Positions 53,141 through 63,890 of a DNA stretch of 64,000 nt are shown one piece after another. The notes under the pieces were generated by a model. The model saw only the letters and a program-made list of their open reading frames with translations, ran no database searches and was not told the DNA's origin. Where the stretch lies: assembly GCF_001194135.2 (NCBI RefSeq), contig NC_068990.1, positions 69,078,791 to 69,142,790 of the forward strand. Direction: 5' to 3'. The translations under genes and the position numbers were made by a program. The DNA is from Octopus bimaculoides. Taxonomy: Eukaryota. Each line of letters begins with the position of its first letter. Position 1 is the stretch's first letter.

Positions 53141-53340
53141 GTGCATATTGTCTCTCTTGAGTGTTTCTCGTAACATGTGACATCATGGGTGGCATGGTTG
53201 TGAGGGACCGGCTCTCGGCGACTAAACCGGCAACACCACCAAATATGATGGGCAAGGATGGTTTTGGGAAACCGTGTGGGATGGAAAACAAAACCCGTCA
53301 AAGGAAGGATGAATTCAAGAGCGCCAATTACGTAACATAT
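53141..53340 (+). mobile_element. RTE-clade LINE 5' end containing an HDV-like ribozyme relic
   Basis: Homologous to 59828-59979 (CTCTTGAG.G.T.CT.GTAACATGT.AC, GACTAAA, AA.ACCCGTCAAA). Short ORF ...PCGMENKTRQRK. Confidence 0.6.
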
Positions 53341-53469
53341 CTATTTATCCATCGATATATATANNNNNNNNNNNNNNNNNNNNNNNNNNNNNNNNNNNNN
53401 NNNNNNNNNNNNNNNNNNNNNNNNNNNNNNNNNNNNNNNNTATGTTTATATGTATATATCTTTTACCTT

Positions 53470-53648
53470 TTACTTGTTTTAGTCATTAGACTGCGGCCAT
53501 GCTGGGGCACCTGAAGCATTTTAGTCGAGCAAATTGACACCAGTATATTCTATCGATCTCCTTTGCCAAACTGCTAGGTTACAGGGAACTAAACACCAAC
53601 ACCGGTTGTCAAGCAGTAGGGGGAACGAACACAGACACAGACACAAAG

Positions 53649-53690
<42 letters not shown>
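53470..53690 (-). mobile_element. SINE family B 3' half
   Basis: TTTTAGTCATTAGACTGCGGCCATGCTGGGGCACC tail. Confidence 0.85.
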
Positions 53691-53711
<21 letters not shown>

Positions 53712-53745
53712 CGTATGTACGTACGTGCGTACATACATACATACA

Positions 53746-53776
<31 letters not shown>

Positions 53777-54999
53777 TAAAACAGGACTTTGGAACTTTTT
53801 TAACATTATTTATTCACCCTTATACATGTTTAATTTGCTAATAAAAGTCTTAAAATTCTACATGTACTAGAAAACATGTAAAGTATCTCCTATTAGAAAT
53901 TCTTCAGATAAAGAATCAAATAATTATTTTATTCTCTGTCTGAAGGACTTCTACTAAGAGATATCTTTCTTTCTCTGCTACATATCCTATTTTGTAACTC
54001 CTATTAGCAGGTGAAACACGTGTAATGATGAATGAATAACGCCAAAATTTTTGCAGTCTCCTACTTTGATATTATTACTCTGTGGAAAGTATTTTCCAGT
54101 ATTTGCAACTCATTTACATAACTCACAACAATATAATATCTACATACAGATGTGATTCAAGAGGACACAGTTTGGATTTTAACACTATCCACATAATACA
54201 TGCACACACACAAACACACACATTAAGATGAGTTGCACAGTCACTCCAAGAAGTCAACTAACCGGGGATATGGCGCATTTTAATAGAAAAGCCTATGGTG
54301 GTGTGCTGCTCATTGAGTTTGTGACAAACATTTGCATCAAGTTTCTGTTATCAGCATTTCTAAAAAGTGTGGCTGATTCCTCACAAGCCTTCATAATTGC
54401 AAATCATCTGTGTGAGTAATTTGACAGCTATAACATTGGCTGTTAAACCTTCATACGTTGTAGCCGACGGGAGAATCCATCATATGTCTGTATATTATAT
54501 ACCCTTGTATCGCCCAGTAGGGTTCGTTCGAAGCAACCGAACTCCCACTAACAGGTTGCGTATAAGAACACAGAACCATAATTAAAATAATTAACAGAAT
54601 ATCGACTTTCAGCTTGATCAAGTCTCTACTACAATAGACACAGGTTGATCCAAGCCCCATAAGTGATATTAAGTAAATAAAAACTATAAAGAAGCGTGTT
54701 GAATGGATTGAAGATCTTCGACTTGACCTATCACTCGGTTTACCTATCCCAACTGACCCACGAATATATTTAACAGACTTAACCATTTTGCGAATGTTGT
54801 AAATGGCTTCTTGACCAGAGGATAAATCGATATATTGATGTTCTATTTCCCAACGCAACAAACTCTGTGTTTCTTCCATTTCTCGCCTATCCAACCAGTC
54901 TCCGGGAGTCGAGTCAAAGTCGTGGCCGTTGCTCTTCCTCCCCTGACTCGGTTATAAAAGAAATAAAGGTTTTAATCTGAAAATGCTTCAATTTTTGGT

Positions 55000-55620
55000 C
55001 AGGAACAAAGGTCATGGCCAGGGCCTCTCATGCTGCTGGGGACTCTTCATGCTAGAGACTAGATCCGAATGATTATACAACAGATTGAATTCTGCTACAG
55101 CAACTCTATGATTAAGTATCTTATGCAAGAATTGATTTGAACTCAGGACGCAAAGACCGGAAAGGAATGCTGCAAGGGATCGTTTCCGATGTTCTAACAA
55201 TTCTTTCAGTCTACTGCCATTTACTGACGGCGCGTGGCCAAGTTGTTAAAATATTGTACTTACGACTGTAAAATCGTGATTTCGATTCCCGGACCGGGCG
55301 GAGCGTTGTGATCTTGAGAAAAATTTTCCATTTCATGTTGCTCCATTCCACTAAGCTGCAAGGAATTACAAGAACAGCTAGAAAATTACACCTGCCCCGG
55401 GCGGGCGTCTCGCTCTCGAGGAAGTACCTCAACCATTTGCACACGTTAGAACCTGGGTCAAGCTCCGGCTTTATGAGTCTTATGGATCATGACAGACCTA
55501 AGAAGGGACAGTCCTTTATCATCCTAGAAAGCACGAAAGGCAAAATAAACATCTGCGAGATTAGAACTCAGTATACAAGGAGACCGATTAGATATTTAGA
55601 CCAGTGCCTGCATCACTATT
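55000..55620. mobile_element. Cluster of degenerate SINEs (family A-like on minus, tRNA-headed SINE on plus at 55228-55500)
   Basis: GGCGCGTGGCCAAGTTGTTAA...GATTTCGATTCCCGGACCGGGC head plus flanking family A remnants. Confidence 0.65.
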
Positions 55621-56274
55621 CTCCCAAGCCATTGAAAAAAATTGCCTGCTCAAACGGAATATGTTTATATTGCCAAAAGGCATAAATAAGAATTAAATAT
55701 TTACAAAAGTAACGACCTATATTGCACAACACAAAAATCAAATCAATTTTCACCAATTATGAAAGTAAGAGAATATTCTCCAAGATTCACTCACTAGAAT
55801 ACTAAGGTGCCGAAAGAAACTCTTCCCTTTACTCCAAAAATTAAATTTTAAAAATCACATGTAAAATATTTTGGTAATATTATAGTAAGTTCATAAAACA
55901 GCATTTAGGTTTTTAATAAATTAAAACATATAATGGAATATTTAACAGTCTGGGAGCTAGAAACGTGTATTGACGAGCACAAAATCGAACAGATTAAACA
56001 TTTTCTTTTTAATCTGTCCCAGTTGGATGAAAGACGTGACTTGAATTTAGAATGTTTTAAATCATTTGGTTGAATTTTTTCCACTTCTGACAACACCTAT
56101 TTTTAAAAGTTGTTATATATTAGAATTAACATATATTGTGTGCAATATCAGTTCAAATATGCTTGCGTTTCACTGCAATTTGTCGAACAAGATCGTGACT
56201 AGATAAGCGAAGCAATGACAGAGACGATTTTGTTTTCGCCTGGCGGCCATTCTGCTCTGTCTATCAGAATATTA

Positions 56275-56480
56275 GTTACAAATTTTAGTACAAGACTACC
56301 AATTTCGTGTTAGTTGATTACATCGACTCTAGTGTTCAACTGGTATTTATTTTGTCGAACCCGAAAGGATGAAAGCAAAGTCAACATCGGCGGCATTTGA
56401 CCTCAGGATGTTAAGAAGGATGAAATGCCGCTAAGCATGTTGCCTGGTGCGGTAATGATTCTGCTAACTCGCCGCCTTAT
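56275..56480 (-). mobile_element. SINE family A
   Basis: CCCGAAAGGATGAAAGCAAAGTCAACATCGGCGGCATTTGA...CTAACTCGCCGCCTTA. Confidence 0.85.
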
Positions 56481-56527
56481 TATTGACTGACTTCCAATTA
56501 ACAGAGCTTCACTTTACTTTTAGTTAT

Positions 56528-56570
56528 CTGATGCTGAAGAAAACTAACGAGGTCGAAATGTATGTGTCAG
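56528..56570 (+). ncRNA. Degenerate minimal type I hammerhead
   Basis: CTGAAGA (56534-56540), partial stem II ACT/GGT, GAAA (56555-56558), TGTATGTG, TC. Stem I is broken. Confidence 0.35.
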
Positions 56571-57249
56571 TCTACTAGAGAGCTCTAATATCTTTTTCTC
56601 TTAAGAGTGCATGTTTTTCTCTCCACGACAAACTGCAAAGCCTTTTACAAGTTCAAATCTCTATCAATTATATCTAAACTAGTCTTAACATATATTGATA
56701 TCTGAATTAGGGAAAAACGTCACAAGTTTGATGGTGAAGAAATGATCAATGACGTCGAACTCAGTTCTTAATGGGTATTTTATTTTTTCTGCGTAATAAA
56801 TACTTCGGAAAACACGCAAGCAAACGGGCCTCACAAGGATTTGAAAGTAGGAGGTAATGTGTCATAACTAGAAACTGCAAATCGATTTGTTAGTGCGTTT
56901 ACCGACTGTATTGATGTACTTCGAGCTGGCAGAATCACTAGAGCGTCAAAGAAAATGCTTTGCAATATTACTTTCGGTTCTGAGTTCACAGTTCGAATCC
57001 CAAAGAGATCAACTTTGACTCTCAAGATTACGGGTTCGATAAAATAAAGTTCCAGTGAATTACTGAGAATAGTATAATTGAGGAATCGCCGCACCCAAAA
57101 TTTCGACTCTTGAGCCAATTTTGAAAAGAAATAAGAATTTGGTTCGATTCCTTTGACTAAACTTTTTCAGGACGGTGCCCCAGCTTGACCGTAATCGAAT
57201 GATTGAATAAAGATACATATATGTAGTTATGATTCGAACATCTAATGAC

Positions 57250-57460
57250 ACACGTGCTTCTTTTTCTATTTTTCATCCCACTTTTTTCTCATCTCAGGGC
57301 TCTTCCTCACATCTCTGACGAAGGACTATACTCGAAACGTCAACTTACTCTTTATAATATTTCTTTTCGAACGTCGAACTGATAATATTCACTGTGAATA
57401 TCCTTTGGACTTCTTTTGTTTTGTGTTTAAATTCATCGTTTGTTTTTGATTTACCTGTGT
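57250..57460 (+). ncRNA. Hammerhead-bearing repeat with intact core nucleotides but weak stems I and II
   Basis: CTGACGA 57315-57321, GAAACGT 57334-57340, ACGTC 57371-57375 (4-bp stem III). Confidence 0.6.
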
Positions 57461-58377
57461 GTGCGTGTGTCTCTATGTGTGTGTCTGAGTGCGTGTGTGT
57501 GTCTGTGTGTGTGTACCTGTGTCTGGCTGGCTGTCACAAAAACACTTTGCACGAAACTAAAAGTTCTACGCTGGCGGCAAGTTTTAATCCCTTAAGATAT
57601 GAAATAACTTTTAAATTTATGACTGCTATTGCTATGAGAGATCATTCAGTTCTTAAATTTTATGGAGAAACCAAACATAAATAATATCTATTTTCATCTC
57701 ATGAGGGGACAGTATGTTAGTACTGTAAATTATCAGGCAACATTTTAACATACCAAAACAGCATAGAGCTTTACAACATTGTCTCTGACAGTTTTTACAC
57801 GTTCAACAATTGGTAAATTTAGTGCATCTAATCTACTGCGTTAACTAGAACACAGCACTGCATCGGCGTTGGAATATTAACTGAGCGGTTTTTCAACCAT
57901 AAGCATCACACCTCGTAGACCCTTGTGATTTCTGAAGATATATGAAGATTCTTGAAGATAAAGTTTACTTTTGAAAAGCGATTATATAAAATGAAAGTAG
58001 AAATCACAACTTCAGTGGGAAGAAGCGACCAAAATAAATGAATATATTAAAATAGAAATCATAATTGTGTTGAGATAATTTATGAGCTCACAGGTATTAG
58101 TTAATCATAACGTAGGACATTTAGTCATTTAAAACGAACTTTTGAACATTTTAAATGAATGCGTGAGTATGAGTTCGAATGTATATTCACTTAAAAAATA
58201 GTCTGCTGTCACCTGCAAACGTGTATGGATTAGTAAACATGCACAGTGCCTTCCTAACTGTTTTAGGTTACTCTATAGTCGTGAGTAGATGTAGACATCA
58301 TTTTAGCACTTCCAACCTTTGACCTGATATGTGTGTGACTGCAGGTGGCATATATATATATATATATNNNNNNNNNN

Positions 58378-58426
<49 letters not shown>

Positions 58427-58427
<1 letters not shown>

Positions 58428-58580
58428 GCCATATTGGAGCACTGAACTCTGGTCGTTTTTTTCCATTCTCTCTCTGTTTATTTCCTCATACCTTTCTGTG
58501 AAAGACTTTTCTATTTTTCCCGAGCGTCAAACCATTTCTTGTTGTTCCTACACCTGTCTTCGTTTTTCTATAATTTGAAA
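58427..58580 (+). repeat. Tandem copy 1 of the hammerhead repeat, catalytic core deleted
   Basis: Aligns to copy 2 but lacks ACGAAGAGCATAGGCTCGAAACG (23 nt). It retains GAGCGTCAAA at 58522-58531. Confidence 0.8.
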
Positions 58581-58693
58581 TATATATATATATGTATGTA
58601 TGTATATAAACTTACTTGGAAATCGATAGAGAGAATGTCATGTTGGACCACTGAACACTACATGTTTTTTTCCCATTCTCTCTATTTATTTCT

Positions 58694-58772
58694 TCTTATT
58701 CCTTTCTGACGAAGAGCATAGGCTCGAAACGTGAAGCACTTTTCCATTTTTCCCGAGCGTCAAACTAATAGA
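58694..58772 (+). ncRNA. Type I hammerhead ribozyme, fully foldable (in tandem copy 2, 58635-58825)
   Basis: Stem I TTT/AAA plus TTATT/AATAG, CTGACGA 58706-58712, extra A, stem II GAGC-ATAG-GCTC, GAAA 58726-58729, stem III ACGT/GCGT, GUC site cut after 58761. Confidence 0.8.
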
Positions 58773-59599
58773 CTTGCTTGTTGTTCTACACTTGTCTTCG
58801 TTTTTCTATAAATTTGGACTATTATTATCAGTAATATATTTAACTGAAAAGGTTTCTCTGTATGTCATATTATACATGTCCAGTGATATACATTAAACGG
58901 ACTACATGTTTATACGCATGCCTGAAGACAAAAATTATGGTCAACGTTATTTGAAATTTTCACTTCGCGGATCAGTCTTACGATGTATTCATACAATTTG
59001 ATTTGTTTTTGTGATATAAGACATCTAAAAATATTTATTGCATAGTGTTTACTCTCTGATGCTTTAATACGTACATTTTGTTTTTATTGTTCCTCCGTAG
59101 ACAGAATTATTTTTATTAAAGCTTTATGTTTAGTTGTGTGTTATTTTTTCATTTAATATCTCTTATTAATTCATCATTGCTTTTTAATATTAAATGCGCG
59201 TTCTGTTGATAGCTGCTTTGTAATATTTCCTCTTCTAGTTCTCTGCTTAAAATTTTTATATTTTAGACTGATGCATCACCTCTATATGTTCGTTCGACAT
59301 GCCAGAAATACCAGCCAAATCACCCTCTCTTCACACCTTTTCAAGTACTTAAGGACCTCGAATAAATGTTTAACTACTAGGAGTGAGGCTTTTTCTTGCT
59401 ATCGGCATTTAAAAAAATACATCTTAGCTGAAATTAAGACACATCCATCTAATACTGACGTAATTTTTCGATACACGTAAGACATTTTTTTTTTATGTTG
59501 AGGTTCATCCACGAAACCCTGAGTTGCTATTTTNNNNNNNNNNTATATATATATATATATATATATCCTCTGCATGACATCCTGCTAGTTCAAATCCAG

Positions 59600-60040
59600 G
59601 AATCTGATCTGTTAGGTCCTGCCGATAACTAAATCCACGCCCTGCTGCCGACGCTTCGATTTACTGTCATTTAGGTTATGTCTGTCGCCTACCCTTCGAC
59701 CTGTCTGGCCTAGTAAGACCTGCCTGAAGATTTCTCTCCCGCCAGCATAATTCTCCAAGTCAATGGAGCAGACAGGCACTTCATCGCGATAAGGTACTTG
59801 TTGAATTAGTTGTTGACTACTGAGTATCTCTTTTGCCTTTTGACGGGTCTTATTTTTCGTCTCGCAAGGTGTCCAACTATCACTCTCCTCGCCAAGCATT
59901 TAGTCACTGACGACCCGACCATGCGGTAGGATGTACTGGGTTACATGTTACCAGTAGCGCTCAAGAGCGGCCTGTCACCAAAATTCCGTAATTGCGTAGC
60001 TCTTTATGGCTACTTTGGACAACAGCGTTCCTAAGCTTGC
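59600..60040 (-). mobile_element. RTE-clade LINE 5' end with degenerate start of endonuclease and HDV-like relic
   Basis: KRRQQGVDLVIG resembles the H.QGVG.I motif of the RTE AP-endonuclease. The 5' part is homologous to 53141-53322. Confidence 0.55.
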
Positions 60041-60231
60041 TAATGCTAGGCTATCCTGTCACAAACCACCTGTAATACTAAAAGAAACGTTAAAGAAGTC
60101 TTTGCTGACCTGTACATACCGTATTCTTTTCCGTTGTCCACATGGCTACCAAACCAGTAAAAATGGAGAGGCTATGGGTTCCGTACCCAGTCCCATATTT
60201 GCGATGTTCTATATATTAACGAGGAAAGGCA

Positions 60232-60385
60232 CAGGCGTGGCTGTGTGATAAGAAGCTTGCTTCCTAACACATTGTTCCTGGTTCAATCCCACTGCATTGC
60301 ACCTTGGGCAATGTCTTCTGCTATAGCTTCGGGCCGACCAAAGCCTTGTGAGTGGATTTGACAGGCGGAAACTGAAAGAAGCACG

Positions 60386-60461
<76 letters not shown>

Positions 60462-60727
60462 GAGAGAGAGAGAGAGAGAAGGAGAGAGAGAGAAAGTGTG
60501 TCTTTGGGTCTGTGTTTCTTCCCCTACCATTTCTTCAAAACCGCTGTTGTGTTTACGTCCCCGTAACTTAACAGTTTAGCAAAAGAGACCTATAGAATAA
60601 ATATAACTTTTAAAAAAATAATAAGTCCTGGGATCGATTTCTTCGACTAAAAACACTTTAAGGCGGTGCCCCTATATGGCCGAAGTCAAATGACTGAAAC
60701 AAGTAAAAGATAAAAGATAAAAGAAAG
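60232..60727 (+). mobile_element. Full-length SINE family B with internal (GT)n(GA)n
   Basis: Head GGCGTGGCTGTGTGATAAGAAGCTTGC, central CGGGCCGACCAAAGCCTTGTGAGTGGATTTG..CGGAAACTGAAAGAAGC and tail AGTCAAATGACTGAAACAAG(TAAAAGA)n. Confidence 0.92.
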
Positions 60728-60868
60728 GTGTGTTATGATCATATTAAACACGGCCGAATACAATCGGTTGGGGAAGAACCATTCGCTGCAGAAATAGTGT
60801 CCCGAAACATTTCTTTTCATGGAAAATGTGTTGAAACACATCACTGAGAAATGAATGATGTCATCTGA

Positions 60869-60915
60869 TCGTAGGATGCATGTGTTTCTGCATTGTTACG
60901 CTTCATCAGCTACGA
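60869..60915 (-). ncRNA. Minimal type I hammerhead relic (Penelope-type, palindromic stem III)
   Basis: Minus strand reads TCGTAG-CTGATGA-A-GCGT-AACA-ATGC-A-GAAA-CACATGCA-TC-CTACGA, with a perfect 6-bp stem I. Confidence 0.7.
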
Positions 60916-61724
60916 ATACCGAATCAATCAGCCACAGCCCTGAAATAACTGTGTTTCTTATGTATATATGATCAGCAAATAATACATTCACTGACATGCA
61001 CTAAGCTTTATCTTTTGGTTAACCAGTGGTGCACAAAGCAGGGTTAAATTAAATATATATGTGTTCAATCATATTTAACACGTTCCCATACACTGCGAGA
61101 AGACCTTTCGCTGCAGCAATAGTTTCGGATGAAAATATCTCCTCATAGACATTATGTGAAAAAACACGAAATCAAAGTCATTCTAAGATTTAAAAACCCA
61201 TTATCTACGCCTCGTACTGTTGCTGACATAGCCATTGGACTAATATAGAAGGACAGGCTGAAAGACTAACAGAAAATCTCGAAATAATTCCTCTTGTAAA
61301 TGCCTAGTTCAAGAAAACTAGCATAAATTTGCATAGCAATATCACTGCATTCGTAGATATAAAGGAAGAAATAAGAAACGTTATATAGCACTGTAGTATA
61401 CACGACACAAAATATAAACACCTCCTTATACATGCAAGGAGGTTGTGAGTGAGGGTAACGAAAGATACAAAATATCAGTAGTCGATTGGATTAGAGCATC
61501 TTGTAAATTCTCATCTACTAAGAAAAACTTTTAATAGATCTTACAAGTGAAATACGTTTCAGGTGTTGCACTCATGTTCGGAAGGTCGTGATTTTTACTG
61601 ATTCCCAGAATAGTTGACGCGTTGTGGTCTTAAGCAAAACTCCGCATTTCCCGTTGATCCTGTTCACCGAGCTGTAAACAAGTAACGCTGCGACGGACTG
61701 GTATCTCGTTAATCCATACAAGGA

Positions 61725-62049
61725 GGAGCACTCCGTCGGTTACGACGACGAGGGTCCCAGCTGATTCGATCAACGGAACAGCTTGCTCGTGAAATTAACG
61801 TGCAAGTGGCTGAGCACTTCACAGACATGTGTACCCCTAATGTAGTTCTCAGGGAGATTCAGCGTGACACAGAGTGTGACAAGGCCGGCCCTTTGAAATA
61901 CAGGTACTACTCATTTTTGCCAGCTGAGTGGACTGGAGCAACGTGAAATAAAGTGTCTTGCTCAAGGACACAACGCGTCACCGGGAATTGAGCCCACGAC
62001 CTTACGATCGTGAGCCGAATACCCTAACCAGTAAGCCACGCGCCTTCAC
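61725..62049 (-). mobile_element. SINE family C (variant 5' half)
   Basis: Same 3' block as 39400-39540. tRNA head GTGAAGGCGCGTGGCTTACTGGTTAGGG followed by GTGTCCTTGAGCAAGACAC. Confidence 0.9.
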
Positions 62050-63019
62050 TAACCTATATATGCCCATAAAACAATGAAGTCTTAAAATTTCACTGTATTT
62101 AGATTAAACGTTATGGTAAGCTTTCACAATCTGGCAGAGAAGGACAGTATGCAACTCTCAGCTATGGGTGTCGACTACCCCCTGAACATTTCGAATGCTC
62201 GGTCAGATGCTTCCCGGCGAGTTCATATCCAAACAAGTAGGAGCAGGATTTGCGTTGCAAAAATGCAACCAGGGTAACTATGGGTTAAGCGAGGCATATT
62301 ATGATCCCAGTCACTTATACGTTATGGGAACTGGAAAACCAGCCCCGAATCCTAGGACTCCGAACAAAAATATCCGAATGTCGGTGATGACAATGACGTA
62401 CCCAATTAAATTTATCGCTCTCTCTCCCTCTCTCTCTCTCCCTCTCTGTAGAACTATCTGTGAGCGAGTGCATTCCCATAGATAAATCAAATCCATTATA
62501 CAGAAAAAAAATACACAAACAGTACAGTAGATACCAGTGACGTTATTAAATCTTGTAAAATATAACACAGAGTGTATGACTGAACAAATATAAGTTCATA
62601 GTTCGAACAGATACTTAAAAAAAAAAAATCGAGAATGTAAAATTTTCTCACCAGTCTGAAACCACAAAGTTTCACGCCATAGACCGAACTTCAAACAGCA
62701 ATATATTGTGCAGTATGGTATGCATTGAACTTACTTCAAACAACCAATATGAGGAAGTATGAAAGTTATAAACACGAAAGTTGTAAACTTCATGACAAAA
62801 GCTCTTAATAATGAGAAAATATGAAAAAAAAATATTTAATAAAAAACTTTTTAACTCGAACTGTGACATATCGAAAAGTTCTTCCTCTCTTTCTTTCTTT
62901 CTTTCTTTCTTTCTCTCTCTCCCTCTCTCGCCTTCTTTCTATTTCCACCTATCTCTCTTTCTCTTTCCCTCCCTCTCACTCTTTTTCTCTCTTTCTCTTT
63001 TCCTCCCTCCCTCTCTCTC

Positions 63020-63072
<53 letters not shown>

Positions 63073-63304
63073 NNNNNNNNNNNNNNNNNNNNNNNNNNNN
63101 NNNNNNNNNNNNNNNNNNNNNNNNNNNNNNNNNNNNNNNNNNNNNNNNNNNNNNNNNNNNNNNNNNNNNNNNNNNNNNNNNNNNNNNNNNNNNNNNNNNN
63201 NNNNNNNNNNNNNNNNNNNNNNNNNNNNNNNNNNNNNNNNNNNNNNNNNNNNNNNNNNNNNNNNNNNNNNNNNNNTACACACACATGTGTATATATATAT
63301 TTAT

Positions 63305-63350
<46 letters not shown>

Positions 63351-63466
63351 GCATACATACATACATATATGCATGCATACATACATATATATATATAGTA
63401 TGTATGTATTATGTATGTATTATGTATGTATGTATGTATGTATGTATGCGTATATGTACGTACGTA

Positions 63467-63890
63467 CGAGAGTGGGCTGAAAAGTTGATAGGCTTACTAG
63501 GAAGGAATGATGATAGAGTCGTGAAATCTTGCACGCATTAATTTCAACACTGCTTATTAATAACCGCGTTGTTTCTTTCCAAGTAAACTGATGATTGTCC
63601 AAGGAAGACTTTAAATGTGTCTAATAGCGACTTCTCTTGAAATTAGACAAAATTTGGCATCGTAGAGTTATCAAGTACGAGCAGAAAAGGGATTTAGCCC
63701 CCAAGGACATTCATGCTGATACGCTTGCAGCATTAGAGAATGACGCTCCGGTTTTATCCACCGTGTAAAAGTGAGCAGCTGAATTTAGCAGGGGAAGAGG
63801 AAGTCTTGAAGATGACACCAGGTCTGGACGTCCTGCAACTGTTACCATAGACAAAAACACTGATTGTGTCCTCTACAGGGTGATGGATGA
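63467..63890 (+). mobile_element. mariner transposon 5' part (TIR plus N-terminal HTH), interrupted by a SINE
   Basis: TA-CGAGAGTGGGCTGAAAAGT TIR-like end. HRRVIKY..KDIHAD..AAEFSRGRGSLEDDTRSGRP. Confidence 0.8.

Noticed and set aside
61095-61150. Minus-strand TGAGGA-GAT..ATC-CGAAAC...GTC
   Set aside because: C3 is absent and stem I cannot form. Kept only as part of the direct-repeat observation.
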